Positions 8,750-18,529 of a DNA stretch of 52,462 nt are shown one piece after another; the first letter of the stretch is position 1; each line of letters opens with the position of its first letter. Position numbers and translations under genes: made by a program. Below the pieces are notes generated by a model that saw nothing but the letters and a program-made list of their open reading frames with translations, had not been told where the DNA came from and ran no database searches. This DNA comes from Armatimonadota bacterium (GTDB lineage: Bacteria; Sysuimicrobiota; Sysuimicrobiia; Sysuimicrobiales; Humicultoraceae). The stretch is from positions 1-52,462 of the forward strand of contig JBBIOM010000011.1 of NCBI GenBank assembly GCA_037443365.1. Reading direction: 5' to 3'.

Positions 8750-9475
8750 CTACGGGTTCAGCCACAACAACAGGTTCTTGATCGCCACGAAGAGCAACGT
8801 CAGCGCCAGCACGCGCCGCACCTGCTCGGGCAGCAGCCGATGCGCGCCGATGCGCGAACCGACGAGCCCTCCCAGGAGCGCCGCCACCACGAGCGGCCCC
8901 ATGTCTCCTACCACGAAGGTACCGCGCGCCACGCGCCCGGCCAGCGCCGCGATCGAGTTGACCACGATGAACACGGCCGAGGCCGCCGCGGTCTGCTTCG
9001 CGCCGGCCCATCCCGCGAGGATCATGAGGGGGCTCAGGAATATGCCCCCTCCGATCCCGACGATGCCCGAGAGGATCCCGATGCCGGCGCCGGACGCAAG
9101 CGCCACCGGAAGGGCAACAGGCCTCGGCGCCCGTTCAGAGGGAGTCCACCAGAGCCGCACGGCAGCCGCCAGCAGCGCAGCGCCCAGCAGCAGCGTGTAG
9201 GCGCGCGGGGAGACGCGCAGCCATCCGCCCAGGTACGCCGACGGGATCGATGTGATCGCGAACGGCCAGACCAGCCGGGGCGAGAGATGCCCGGCGCGCG
9301 CGTAGGTGACCGTGGCTACCCCCGCAACGAGCACGTTGAGCAGCAGCGCGCTGGTGGACATCTCGGCAGGGGGAACGCCGAAGAGGCTCAGGATGGCCAG
9401 GTAGGCGGAGGCCCCGCCGTGGCCCACGGACGAGTACACGGCCGCGGCCAGGGCGACAAGCAGAAACAATAGCAT
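8750..9475 (-). CDS. Sulfite exporter TauE/SafE family protein
   Basis: YSSVGHGGASAYL and SGIVGIGGGIFLSP internal repeat; hydrophobic throughout. Confidence 0.9.
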   Translation of the reverse strand: MLLFLLVALAAAVYSSVGHGGASAYLAILSLFGVPPAEMSTSALLLNVLVAGVATVTYARAGHLSPRLVWPFAITSIPSAYLGGWLRVSPRAYTLLLGAALLAAAVRLWWTPSERAPRPVALPVALASGAGIGILSGIVGIGGGIFLSPLMILAGWAGAKQTAAASAVFIVVNSIAALAGRVARGTFVVGDMGPLVVAALLGGLVGSRIGAHRLLPEQVRRVLALTLLFVAIKNLLLWLNP

Positions 9476-9550
9476 GCCTGTATGGTTCGCAACGCTCGCG
9501 CGGACTCCTACTGAAGGAAGGACCGGCGCGCGCACCGAAAGTCGCTGGTT

Positions 9551-10297
9551 GTGGCCGACGGGCAGCCGATAATCGTCCTTGAGGACGTGCACAAGTGGTT
9601 CGGGAACCTGCACGTCCTGCGCGGCATCAACCTGGCCGTGAGCGCTGGCGAGGTGGTCGTCGTGGCCGGGCCGTCCGGGTCGGGCAAGTCCACGATGATC
9701 CGCTGCATCAACCGCCTCGAGGCGCACGACCGGGGGCGCATCGTCGTGGACGGGACCGAACTCACGGACGACCTGCGCAACGTGGACGCCGTGCGCAGCG
9801 AGGTGGGCATGGTCTTCCAGTCGTTCAACCTGTTCCCCCACCTGACGGCGCTGCAGAACGTCACGCTGGCGCCGATCCAAGTGCGCCGCCAGACCCGCGA
9901 GCGGGCCGAAGGGAGCGCCCGCGACCTGCTGGCGCGCGTCGGCATCCCTGAGAAGGCCGATACATACCCATCGCAGCTCTCGGGCGGCCAGCAGCAGCGG
10001 GTCGCGATCGCGCGGGCGCTGGCGATGCAGCCCAGGATCATGCTCTTCGACGAGCCCACCTCGGCGCTCGATCCGGAGATGATACAGGAAGTGCTCGACG
10101 TCATGCGCGACCTGGCGCGGGGCGGGATGACAATGATAGTCGTCAGCCACGAGATGGGGTTCGCCCGCGAGGTGGCGGACCGGCTGGTCTTCATGGACGA
10201 GGGCGCGATAGTCGAGGAAGGGACGCCCGAGCATTTCTTCACCAACCCGAAGGAGGAGCGCACCCGGATCTTCCTGTCCAAGATCCTGCATCAGTAG
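9551..10297 (+). CDS. Polar amino acid ABC transporter ATP-binding protein (GlnQ-like)
   Basis: [43 protein letters not shown] and SHEMGFA. Confidence 0.95.
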   Translation: MADGQPIIVLEDVHKWFGNLHVLRGINLAVSAGEVVVVAGPSGSGKSTMIRCINRLEAHDRGRIVVDGTELTDDLRNVDAVRSEVGMVFQSFNLFPHLTALQNVTLAPIQVRRQTRERAEGSARDLLARVGIPEKADTYPSQLSGGQQQRVAIARALAMQPRIMLFDEPTSALDPEMIQEVLDVMRDLARGGMTMIVVSHEMGFAREVADRLVFMDEGAIVEEGTPEHFFTNPKEERTRIFLSKILHQ

Positions 10298-10299
10298 AC

Positions 10300-11262
10300 A
10301 TGAGACGGAATCAGAGAGAGATCATTGACGCCCACCTGCACCTGAGCACGGCCACGATGCTCCGGCGTCAGCGCGATCGGGCATCGGCTGTACGCGCCGC
10401 GGCACGGGAGCGCGCCCGAATGCGCGGCCTCTCCTTCCAGGAGCGGATCGCGCATCTCGAGGGAATCACGCTGGCCGAGCAGGCGCAGATGTGGCTGGAC
10501 GGCTTCGATGCAGCGGGGGTCTCCTGCGGGGTCTTCATCGCCATGGGCGAGGCGCACGACGACCTGGCCGAGTTCATCGCGCTGCGGCCCGACCGGCTCT
10601 ACGGCTGCGGCTCGCTGCTGGACCCCACCCACCCGGACGCGGCGCGGATGGTGCGGGGGTTCCCCGCGAAGGGGTTCCGGGCACTCAAGCTCTACGCGCC
10701 TGCCTACCGGGTGGCGCTCAACGACCGGCTGGTCTATCCGGTATACGAGGCCGCTGCCGAGTGCAACCTGCCGATAATCATCCACTTCGGCATCACCGTG
10801 GGGGCGTTCTACGATCTGACCTTCGCCAACCCGCTGGCGCTCTCGGCCCCGGGCAGGGAGTTCCCCGACGTCACGTTCATCGTGGCCCACTTCGGCGCCG
10901 GCTTCCTGCGTGAGACCATGCTGCTGGCCTATCACACCGAGAACATAGCCGTGGACACCTCGGGCACGAACAACTGGCGCGCCTACACCCCGGGCGAGCC
11001 CTCCCTCGAGCAGGTCTTCAGGGACGCGGTGCGAGCCTTTGGCCCGTCGCGCATCCTGTTCGGCACCGACTCCACCTACTTCAGCGGATATCGTGGCGAG
11101 CTCGTGGCCGAACAGACGGGGATCGTGGAGAGGCTCGGCCTGAGCGACGACGAACAGGCCTTGATCCTGGCCGGAAACGCGCGGCGGATCTTCGGCATCG
11201 CCGCCGGGCGCGCGTCTGTCCCGCCCGGGCGGCCTGAAGCCGGCCGAAAACGGGAAGAATAA
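10300..11262 (+). CDS. Amidohydrolase family (amidohydro_2) metal-dependent hydrolase
   Basis: IIDAHLH, LKLY, IIIHFG, IVAHFG and ILFGTDS. Confidence 0.9.
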   Translation: MRRNQREIIDAHLHLSTATMLRRQRDRASAVRAAARERARMRGLSFQERIAHLEGITLAEQAQMWLDGFDAAGVSCGVFIAMGEAHDDLAEFIALRPDRLYGCGSLLDPTHPDAARMVRGFPAKGFRALKLYAPAYRVALNDRLVYPVYEAAAECNLPIIIHFGITVGAFYDLTFANPLALSAPGREFPDVTFIVAHFGAGFLRETMLLAYHTENIAVDTSGTNNWRAYTPGEPSLEQVFRDAVRAFGPSRILFGTDSTYFSGYRGELVAEQTGIVERLGLSDDEQALILAGNARRIFGIAAGRASVPPGRPEAGRKREE

Positions 11263-11273
11263 CTCTAGAGACC

Positions 11274-12431
11274 ATGGCCGTCATCGAGCCGGCAGAGACC
11301 CAGACCGCAGCCGGGCCAGCCATCTACCACGTGGCCGACGTGCGCCTGGGAGGCGCGTTCCCGTTTCTGGGGGACGCAGGGGCCGCGCATCGTGTTGCTG
11401 TGCGCGAGGCCTTCGTGCGGTCCGTGGATCAGGGCCTGCTCCTCGCCCCTGACCTGGTGCTGATCACCGGAAACCTGTTTGGAACACCGCAGCCCCCGCG
11501 GGATCTGGGCGAGTTCGCGCGGGCGCAGATCGAGCGCTTCAGTGGGCGCGGCATACCGGTGCTGGTGGCGGCCGGGCCGCTCGACGCCTGCTGCGAGAAG
11601 ACCTACGCCATGGGGGCGCTCTCCGACATGGAGCGGGTAGCGGTCTTCCCGGAAACGCCCAAGGCGGTGGAGCTGCGCGATCTTGACATGACGGCTGTCG
11701 GCGTGTCCTGGGGCGCGGCGCCGGCGCAGGCCGAGGCGCTGGCGGCCATCGCCGCCTACCGGCACGTGCGCCGGCTCGTGGGCGCGCTGCACATAGAGGT
11801 TCCCGATTCCGAGGAGGGCCTCCGGGCGCTGCGCCGACAGATCGCGGCATCGGGCGCCGCCTACCTGGCACTGGGAGGTTCGCCGGTGCGGCGCGATCTC
11901 TCAGCCGGAACGGTGACGGCCTGGTGCCCGGGAGCCCCTGAGGTGGTGGCCCCAAAGGAGGGTGAGGGCTCGCCCCTGCTGGTCCGGTTCGGGAACGGAG
12001 CCGCGGCCCAGCCCGAGATGGTGGTGCGGCCGGTTCCAGTGGCGCAGAGGAGATTCGTGCGGCACACACTGGAGCCCGCGGCGTTCATCTCGATCGGGGA
12101 CCTGGCCGGCGCGATCCAGGCGTTGGCCGATCCCAATCACGCCGCCGTCGTGCACCTGCGCGGGGGCTCCCGCATCAACCAGTTCATTGACACAGACGAG
12201 TTGCGCCAGCGCATGGCCGGGGAGTTCCTTGCGCTGGAGATAGTGGATGACTCCGCGCCGTCGGCGTCCGAACTGGAAGCAGCGGCATACCCCGATCTCT
12301 CGGTGGCGGGCAGGTTCGTAGCGGTGGCGCGATCAGAGATGGCGAAGGCGCCGGATCCGGAGGCCGCGCGCCGCGTGGGGTCCGCGCTGCGGCTGGGGCT
12401 CTGGCTGCTCGAAGGAAGGCACCATTCATGA
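11274..12431 (+). CDS. SbcD/Mre11/YhaO-like metallophosphoesterase-fold protein with degenerate active site
   Basis: Motif scaffold is preserved but substituted: HVADVRLG, ITGNLFG, AAGPLD, GALH, LALGGSP, WCPGAPE; overlaps the downstream SMC-like ATPase by ATGA. Confidence 0.8.
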   Translation: MAVIEPAETQTAAGPAIYHVADVRLGGAFPFLGDAGAAHRVAVREAFVRSVDQGLLLAPDLVLITGNLFGTPQPPRDLGEFARAQIERFSGRGIPVLVAAGPLDACCEKTYAMGALSDMERVAVFPETPKAVELRDLDMTAVGVSWGAAPAQAEALAAIAAYRHVRRLVGALHIEVPDSEEGLRALRRQIAASGAAYLALGGSPVRRDLSAGTVTAWCPGAPEVVAPKEGEGSPLLVRFGNGAAAQPEMVVRPVPVAQRRFVRHTLEPAAFISIGDLAGAIQALADPNHAAVVHLRGGSRINQFIDTDELRQRMAGEFLALEIVDDSAPSASELEAAAYPDLSVAGRFVAVARSEMAKAPDPEAARRVGSALRLGLWLLEGRHHS

Positions 12432-14560
12432 CGATCACGCAGATCCGGCTGCGCCGGTTCAAGCGCTTCGCCGAGTGGCAGGCAGATCTGGACCCCGGGC
12501 TGACGGTCATCCGCGGACCCAACGAGGCCGGCAAGACCACGCTCATGGAAGCGGTCTTGGAGGGGCTCTTCGGCAACCCGGCGCGGGGCGCGGGCGTCGC
12601 GCGGCTGCGTTCGTGGGGAGAGTCGCGCCTGGGCGAGATCACGATCGGGATGCGAACAGGCGAGGGCTGCTTCGTGCTCCGAAAGGATCTGGAGGCCGGC
12701 ACGATCCTCCTGCAGCGCGAGGGCGGCGGGGACCGCGTCGAGACCCTGCGCGAGGTCCAGAAGCGTCTGCTGGAGTGGATCGGGCTGGCCACCGAGGACG
12801 CCTATCGGGCCACGGCCTTCGTCGCGCAAGGCGACATAGCGCGCGTCGGCGAGGACCGTCACCTGCTCGGTGCCCACCTCTCGCGCGTCCTCGCCGGCGC
12901 CGGGACCGAGGGCGTCGGGGGCGCGCTGCGGTGGCTCGCCGAGCAGCGAAACCGGCTGGCCGCGGACCTGCCCGGTGGCGGTGGCGCGGCCGACCGCGCC
13001 ACTGAGCTGTCGGGAAGGCAGGGCGCGGCGCGGCAGCGCGAGGAGCGTGGGCGGCGCCACCGCCTGGAGTTGCGCGAGGTCGCGGCAAAGCTGGAAGCGA
13101 TGGAGCGCGAGGCGGGCGAGAGGGCCGAGCTCGCGCGCGTCGCGCGGTGGGTGGCCGATCTCCAGCGCCGGGAGCAGGCGTTGGTAGAGGAAGAGGCCGC
13201 GACCAGGGAGCACCTCAAGCGCGCCGAGGGGCTGCTGGGGCGCCTGACCAGGATCGAGGCAGGTCTCGCGGAGTTCTCGTCGCAGCAGGAAGCGCTGATC
13301 GCCGAGCTGTTTCAGGCGCGCCGTCAGTACCTCGGTGTGGAATCGGACCTCCGCGAAGGACGCGAGCAGGCCATACGGGAAGAGCGCCTCCTGGAGCACC
13401 TGGCCACGCGCCACCAGGCCGCGGCAAGGGTGGCCGGCGCGGCGTGGACGCTGGCCGGCAGCGGCGTGATACTCATCGCCGGGGGCGCGCTCATCGCGGC
13501 CCTCCTGCGCCACTGGATCGGATGGGTGCTGCTGGCCGCGGGCGGAGTGGCGGCGGTCGTGGCACTGCGCTACCGGGATCGCATCGGCCAGGCCGGGGCG
13601 ATCTACCGGGCGCAGGAGCAGCGGGTGTTGGACCTGCGCCGCCGAGTCGCCTCGTTGCAGGATCAGATAGCCCAGGCCGGTGAGTTGGTGGCGACGCGCC
13701 TCCGCGCCGCCGGGGGCACGGAGATCGAGGAGGTCGAGCGTCGGTTCTCGGGCTACATGGAACTGCTGCGCGAGCGCGAGGAGGTACGGGCGGCGCTGCG
13801 GCAGATCCGCGGCACCGATCCCAAGGCGGCGCTGGAAGGCCGGTTGCGCGAGATCGCGGACGAGCTCGCGTGCGTGCGAGCGACGATCGGCGCGCAGCCC
13901 AGGGGAACCAGGCGGCTGCCGCCCGGCGGCGTAGAGCAGATGGAGCGCGAGGGTCGAGAAGCCGCGGGCATGCTCGAGGATCTGCGGGCCAGGCGCGCGC
14001 GCCTGGAAGGGGTCCTGGAGGAGCTGTGTAAGCAGGGCGAGGACGGTCCTCGCCTGAGCGAGGAGATCGCCGTCCTGCAGGCCAGGGCCGTCCGAGCGGC
14101 GCAGTTCACAGAGGTAATCACGCTGGCCGCGCGCATGCTGGAAGAGGCCAGGGCCAAGAGCGTCTACCCCGCAAGGGAGCTGCTGGAGCGGCGGGCCGGG
14201 CAGTACCTCTCGCTGGCCACCGCTGGGGCGTACGGCAGGGTGTCGGTGGACGAGCGCACGCTCAGGGCGCAGGTGTGGATGCCGGCTGCCGGCGGCTGGA
14301 AGGAGGCGGGCGACCTCAGCCAGGGAACCAGCGACCAGCTCTACCTCTGCCTGCGCCTGGCGCTGCTCGACGTGATCACCGGCGATCGCCGGCCCCCGCT
14401 GTACCTCGACGAGCCGTTCGCGCACCTCGACGCGGGACGGCGCAGCGCGATGCTCGCGCTTCTCGCCGGTGCGGCGCGGGACCGTCAGGTGGTGCTGTTC
14501 ACCTGCTCGCCCGAGTGCGACGCCGCCGCGGATCGCGTCATCGTGCTGGAACCCGCATAG
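12428..14560 (+). CDS. YhaN/SbcC-like SMC-family ATPase with central transmembrane hairpin
   Basis: Walker A GPNEAGKTT, Q-loop FVAQG, coiled coils, two TM helices mid-protein, signature LSQGT, Walker B/D-loop LYLDEPFAHLD and QVVLFTC. Confidence 0.9.
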   Translation: MTITQIRLRRFKRFAEWQADLDPGLTVIRGPNEAGKTTLMEAVLEGLFGNPARGAGVARLRSWGESRLGEITIGMRTGEGCFVLRKDLEAGTILLQREGGGDRVETLREVQKRLLEWIGLATEDAYRATAFVAQGDIARVGEDRHLLGAHLSRVLAGAGTEGVGGALRWLAEQRNRLAADLPGGGGAADRATELSGRQGAARQREERGRRHRLELREVAAKLEAMEREAGERAELARVARWVADLQRREQALVEEEAATREHLKRAEGLLGRLTRIEAGLAEFSSQQEALIAELFQARRQYLGVESDLREGREQAIREERLLEHLATRHQAAARVAGAAWTLAGSGVILIAGGALIAALLRHWIGWVLLAAGGVAAVVALRYRDRIGQAGAIYRAQEQRVLDLRRRVASLQDQIAQAGELVATRLRAAGGTEIEEVERRFSGYMELLREREEVRAALRQIRGTDPKAALEGRLREIADELACVRATIGAQPRGTRRLPPGGVEQMEREGREAAGMLEDLRARRARLEGVLEELCKQGEDGPRLSEEIAVLQARAVRAAQFTEVITLAARMLEEARAKSVYPARELLERRAGQYLSLATAGAYGRVSVDERTLRAQVWMPAAGGWKEAGDLSQGTSDQLYLCLRLALLDVITGDRRPPLYLDEPFAHLDAGRRSAMLALLAGAARDRQVVLFTCSPECDAAADRVIVLEPA

Positions 14561-14594
14561 CAGTCCGTCGAGGCGCTGGTAGGGGGCCTCTGAA

Positions 14595-15641
14595 GTGAGA
14601 GTGCACACGCGGCTCCACCGTAAGGCCGACGGTCGCCGTCTGCTGCTCTACGGCACCACCCCCCACACCCTCTCGCCGCTCGAGGAAGGCCCAGGCGCGT
14701 CCGAGGGTCAGGTGCATCTCCGCTGGCACCCGCTGCGCGAGGAGTGGGTGGCTTACGCGGCCGGCCGCCAGGAGCGGACACACCTGCCGCCCGCGGAGTT
14801 CTGCCCGCTGTGCCCCACGCGGCCGGGCAGACCGCCCACCGAGATCCCGTACGAGGATTTCGAGATCGCCGTATTCGAGAATCGGTTCCCTGCTCTCGTG
14901 GCCGAGCCGCCCGATCCGCCCGGGGTCGCGGCGCAGACCTCGCCGGCCGCCGGGGCCTGCGAGGTGGTTGTCTACACCGCGGCGCACAGCGGCAGCCTGG
15001 CCACGTTGTCGCAGGAGAGGCGCGAGCTGCTCGTGCGCACCTGGGTCGAGCGGTACCGCGAGCTGTACGCGCGCGAGGACGTCCGGTTCGTGATGCCGTT
15101 CGAGAACCGCGGCGAGGCCACAGGCGTCACGCTCCACCATCCTCACGGGCAGATCTATGCCTACCCTTTCATCCCTCCGGTGCTCCAGGCGGAGGTCGCG
15201 GCGTTCCGCCGGGAGACGGTGTTGAGTGATCTCCTGACCAGGGCCGGCGGCGAGTATATGGTTGAGGAGGATGACGCCACAGCGGTGATGGTGCCGCCGT
15301 TCGCGCGCTTCCCCTACGAGGTCTGGGTGTTCCCGAAGCGCGTCCAGCCCGGGCCGTGGGCTCTGGAGGATGTCGAGGTAGCTGCCCTGGCTCGCGCGTT
15401 GGGGAGAGTCGTGGCGCGCTACGACGCCCTCTTCGCGCGGCCCTTCCCCTACGTGATGGCGCTGCACGCCGCGCCCAGAGGCGAGGAGGAGCACTTCCAC
15501 TTCCACGTGGAGTTCTATCCTGTCATGCGCGGGCCGGACCGGCAGAAACACCTGGCCGGCACCGAGCTCGGGGCCGGCATGTTCACTGCCGACATCCTCC
15601 CTGAAGACGCGGCGCGTGCACTGCGGCGCACCGAGCCATGA
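14595..15641 (+). CDS. galT: Galactose-1-phosphate uridylyltransferase
   Basis: LRWHPL, CPLCP, FENRFP, FENRG and HPHGQ catalytic motif. Confidence 0.95.
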   Translation: MRVHTRLHRKADGRRLLLYGTTPHTLSPLEEGPGASEGQVHLRWHPLREEWVAYAAGRQERTHLPPAEFCPLCPTRPGRPPTEIPYEDFEIAVFENRFPALVAEPPDPPGVAAQTSPAAGACEVVVYTAAHSGSLATLSQERRELLVRTWVERYRELYAREDVRFVMPFENRGEATGVTLHHPHGQIYAYPFIPPVLQAEVAAFRRETVLSDLLTRAGGEYMVEEDDATAVMVPPFARFPYEVWVFPKRVQPGPWALEDVEVAALARALGRVVARYDALFARPFPYVMALHAAPRGEEEHFHFHVEFYPVMRGPDRQKHLAGTELGAGMFTADILPEDAARALRRTEP

Positions 15642-16657
15642 GCGAGGCCGCAAGCGAGCCGTCCGGGCCCACCGAACCGTGGGAGGTCTGCGCGCAGGCC
15701 CCGGGAAGGGTCAACCTGCTGGGCGAGCACACCGACTACAACGAGGGCTTCGTCCTGCCGATGCCGCTCCGGCAGGAGACGCGCGTGCATGCGGCGCGGG
15801 CCGATGGCGTGGTGGAAGCATACGCCGAGATCTTCGATGAGCGGCATTCACGCAAACCCGGCGCCCCGCGCGGGGGCGGTTGGATGGACTACGTCTCGGG
15901 TTGCGTGTGGGCCCTCAAACAGGAGGGCATCGCGCTTCCCGGCGCGAGGTTCCGCGTTGAGCGCGGGGTGCCGCTCGGCTCAGGGCTGGCCAGCTCGGCC
16001 GCGCTTGAGGTCGCGGTCCTGCGCGCGCTGCGGACGCTGTACGAGATCCCCCTGGACGACCTGCGTCTTGCGCTGATCGCCCACCGGGCCGAGGTCGAGT
16101 ACGTGGGCGTGCGCTGCGGCGTGATGGACCAGATCGTCGCGTCGCTGGGAAGGCACAACCAGGCCCTGTTCCTGGACACGCGCGATCTGCGGTACGAGTG
16201 GGTTCCCATACCCGCGGGTTATCGGTTCGAGGTCGCCGACTCGGGCGTCCCCCGGCGGCTGGCCGAGGCCGGCTACAACCGCCGCCGCGCCGAGTGCGAG
16301 GAGGCAGCGGCGCGCCTGGGCGTGCGCTCCTTGCGCGATCTCGCCTTCGGCGACCTGGAGCGCATTGCCCGGCTGCCCGAACCGCTCGGGCGCCGGGTGA
16401 GGCACGTGGTCGGCGAGAACGCGCGCGTCCTGGCAGGCGTCGGGGCGCTGCGCTCGGGGGATCTGCGGACGTTTGGACGGCTGATGCTGGAGTCGCACCG
16501 ATCCCTGCGCGACGACTACGAGGTCTCGACGCCTGAGCTCGACCGCCTCGTGACCCAGGCGATGGAGCAGGGTGCCCTGGGCGCGCGCCTGACCGGGGCC
16601 GGCTTCGGCGGAAGCATTGTGGCGCTGGTGGCAGTCAGCGCGGAAGCGCCACCGTAA
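15638..16657 (+). CDS. galK: Galactokinase
   Basis: APGRVNLLGEHTDYNEG, PLGSGLASSAA, CGVMDQ and GARLTGAGFGG. Confidence 0.95.
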   Translation: MSEAASEPSGPTEPWEVCAQAPGRVNLLGEHTDYNEGFVLPMPLRQETRVHAARADGVVEAYAEIFDERHSRKPGAPRGGGWMDYVSGCVWALKQEGIALPGARFRVERGVPLGSGLASSAALEVAVLRALRTLYEIPLDDLRLALIAHRAEVEYVGVRCGVMDQIVASLGRHNQALFLDTRDLRYEWVPIPAGYRFEVADSGVPRRLAEAGYNRRRAECEEAAARLGVRSLRDLAFGDLERIARLPEPLGRRVRHVVGENARVLAGVGALRSGDLRTFGRLMLESHRSLRDDYEVSTPELDRLVTQAMEQGALGARLTGAGFGGSIVALVAVSAEAPP

Positions 16658-17798
16658 ACCTGCTCCCCTCCCCTGCTCGGCTCTCCACCCACACGCGCCC
16701 GCCATGCGCCTCGACCAGCGACTTCACGATGGCGAGCCCGAGCCCGGAGCCGCCGCTTGCGCGTGAGCGCGAGGCATCCAGCCGGTGGAAGCGGTCGAAG
16801 ATCCGATCCCTTTCCTCCGGAGGGACGCCTGGCCCGGTATCGGCCACCCAGAGCCGCAGCTCGGATGGGTCGGCTTCCAGGCCTACCGTGACGTCTCCGC
16901 CCGCGGGAGTGTGCCGGATCGCGTTCTCGAGCAGGTTGTGCACAACCTGCATCATGCGCTCGCGGTCCACGCTGAGCACGGGCAGCCCAGACGCCATCCT
17001 GCTCTGCACGGTGACGCTCTTGTCTGCAGCGTGCGGGGCCACCGCCGCCGCGGCGTCGGCCACGAGCGCGGCCAGATCCGTGGGCGCACGGTGCAGCGGC
17101 AGCCGGCCTGCCTGCGCCAGCGAAAGGTCGCGCAGGTCCTCGACGAGCCGCGCCAGCAGACGCACCTGTGTGTGAAGCGCGGCCAGCCGTTCGGGCGCAG
17201 GCTCCACGACGCCATCCAGCATGCCTTCCAGGTTGGCCTGCAGCACAGACAGGGGTGTGCCGAGCTCGTGCGCGATGTCGGCGACCAGGTTGTGGCGGAG
17301 CTCTTCAAGCCGCCTGAGATCAGCGGCCATGGTGTTGAAGGCGCGCGCCAGGTTGCCCAGGTCGTCATCCGAGGGCACCGGCACTTCCTGGGCCAGGTCA
17401 CCCTGACCTATGCGGCCGGCGGCGACCGACATGCGGCGCAGCGGGGTCGCAAGATACCGGGCCATGAGGACACCCAGCAGCACCGCGGCCAGGCCCCCGG
17501 CAACGGCGGCCAGCCAGGTCGTGCGGCGCATCTGCGCCAGGAACCGCAGCTCCTCGGGTCCCATCATGCGCTGCATCATGCGGCGCATCTCCTCGGGGCT
17601 TGCCACGTGCGGCATTCGGCGCCGCAAGATGCCCTCGGGAGCGGACGGGCCGGGTGGGGGCAGCATCATCGGGCCGCGCAGGAAGTAGTGATCGAACTCG
17701 GCACGGATCGTGGCGCTCGAGATGACGCCCACCGCGGCAACGGAGACCAGGGCCACGGCCACGAAGGCCAGGATCAGCCGCCCCTGGAGGCTAGTCAC
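16635..17798 (-). CDS. Sensor histidine kinase (HAMP-HisKA-HATPase, BaeS-like)
   Basis: Two TM helices with a Met-rich loop, HAMP, DIAHELGTP, NLLENA, DTGPG and GSGLGL; start GTG overlaps the regulator stop. Confidence 0.93.
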   Translation of the reverse strand: MTSLQGRLILAFVAVALVSVAAVGVISSATIRAEFDHYFLRGPMMLPPPGPSAPEGILRRRMPHVASPEEMRRMMQRMMGPEELRFLAQMRRTTWLAAVAGGLAAVLLGVLMARYLATPLRRMSVAAGRIGQGDLAQEVPVPSDDDLGNLARAFNTMAADLRRLEELRHNLVADIAHELGTPLSVLQANLEGMLDGVVEPAPERLAALHTQVRLLARLVEDLRDLSLAQAGRLPLHRAPTDLAALVADAAAAVAPHAADKSVTVQSRMASGLPVLSVDRERMMQVVHNLLENAIRHTPAGGDVTVGLEADPSELRLWVADTGPGVPPEERDRIFDRFHRLDASRSRASGGSGLGLAIVKSLVEAHGGRVWVESRAGEGSRFTVALPR

Positions 17799-18483
17799 GG
17801 GCGGGCTCTGCCAGGCGGTACCCGGCGCCGTGCACGGTGAGCACGTACCTGGGCCGGCGGGGATCGGGCTCGAGCTTGTGCCGCAGGTTCTTGACGTGCG
17901 CGTCGATCGTGCGCTCGTAGCCCTCGAAGGCGTGGCCCTGGACGATGTCAATCAGCTGGAGACGCGTGTAGACGCGTCCGGGTGAGCGGGCGAGCGCTGC
18001 CAGCAGCCTGAACTCGGTCGGTGTAAGGGCAACCGTGGTGCCGCCCCGGCGGACCTGCATGCGGGCATGGTCAATCTCAAGATCCCCAACGGTTGTGGCC
18101 TCGATCGGCGCCTCGCCGCCGGTGCGTCGCAGCACGGCCCGCACCCGGGCAACTACCTCGCGGGGGCTGAAGGGCTTCGTGATGTAGTCGTCGGCGCCGA
18201 GCCCCAGGCCGAGCAGGCGATCCACCTCTTCCCCTCGCGCGGTGAGCATGATGATCGGCGTGCGCCCATCTGCGCGGATCTGACGCGCGACCTCCCAGCC
18301 GTCCACCTCCGGCAGCATCAGATCCAGGATCACGAGATCGGGCCTCTCGCGCCTGAAGGCCGCCAGCGCCGCCCGTCCGTCGGCGGCGCTGGCAACGCGA
18401 TAGCCGTCCCGCTCGAGGTACTTGCGGACAACGTCCGTGATCTCGGGCTCGTCGTCCACCACCAGGACTGTGCGCCGGCTCAC
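17791..18483 (-). CDS. OmpR-family response regulator
   Basis: VVDDE, LDLMLP, KPFSPRE, winged helix RTIDAHVKNLR and TVHGAGY. Confidence 0.95.
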   Translation of the reverse strand: MSRRTVLVVDDEPEITDVVRKYLERDGYRVASAADGRAALAAFRRERPDLVILDLMLPEVDGWEVARQIRADGRTPIIMLTARGEEVDRLLGLGLGADDYITKPFSPREVVARVRAVLRRTGGEAPIEATTVGDLEIDHARMQVRRGGTTVALTPTEFRLLAALARSPGRVYTRLQLIDIVQGHAFEGYERTIDAHVKNLRHKLEPDPRRPRYVLTVHGAGYRLAEPARD

Positions 18484-18529
18484 CTTCGCTTCGACCCCCC
18501 GCGCTTCGACCTCCCGGCCCTGCGGCGCG

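Noticed and set aside
8750-10291. 513-aa ORF as a TauE fusion
   Set aside because: The N-terminal half is antisense to the ABC ATPase; the TauE domain starts at 9475.
12137-14608. 823-aa minus-strand ORF
   Set aside because: It is an antisense shadow of the SMC-like ATPase, expected at high GC, and has no motifs.
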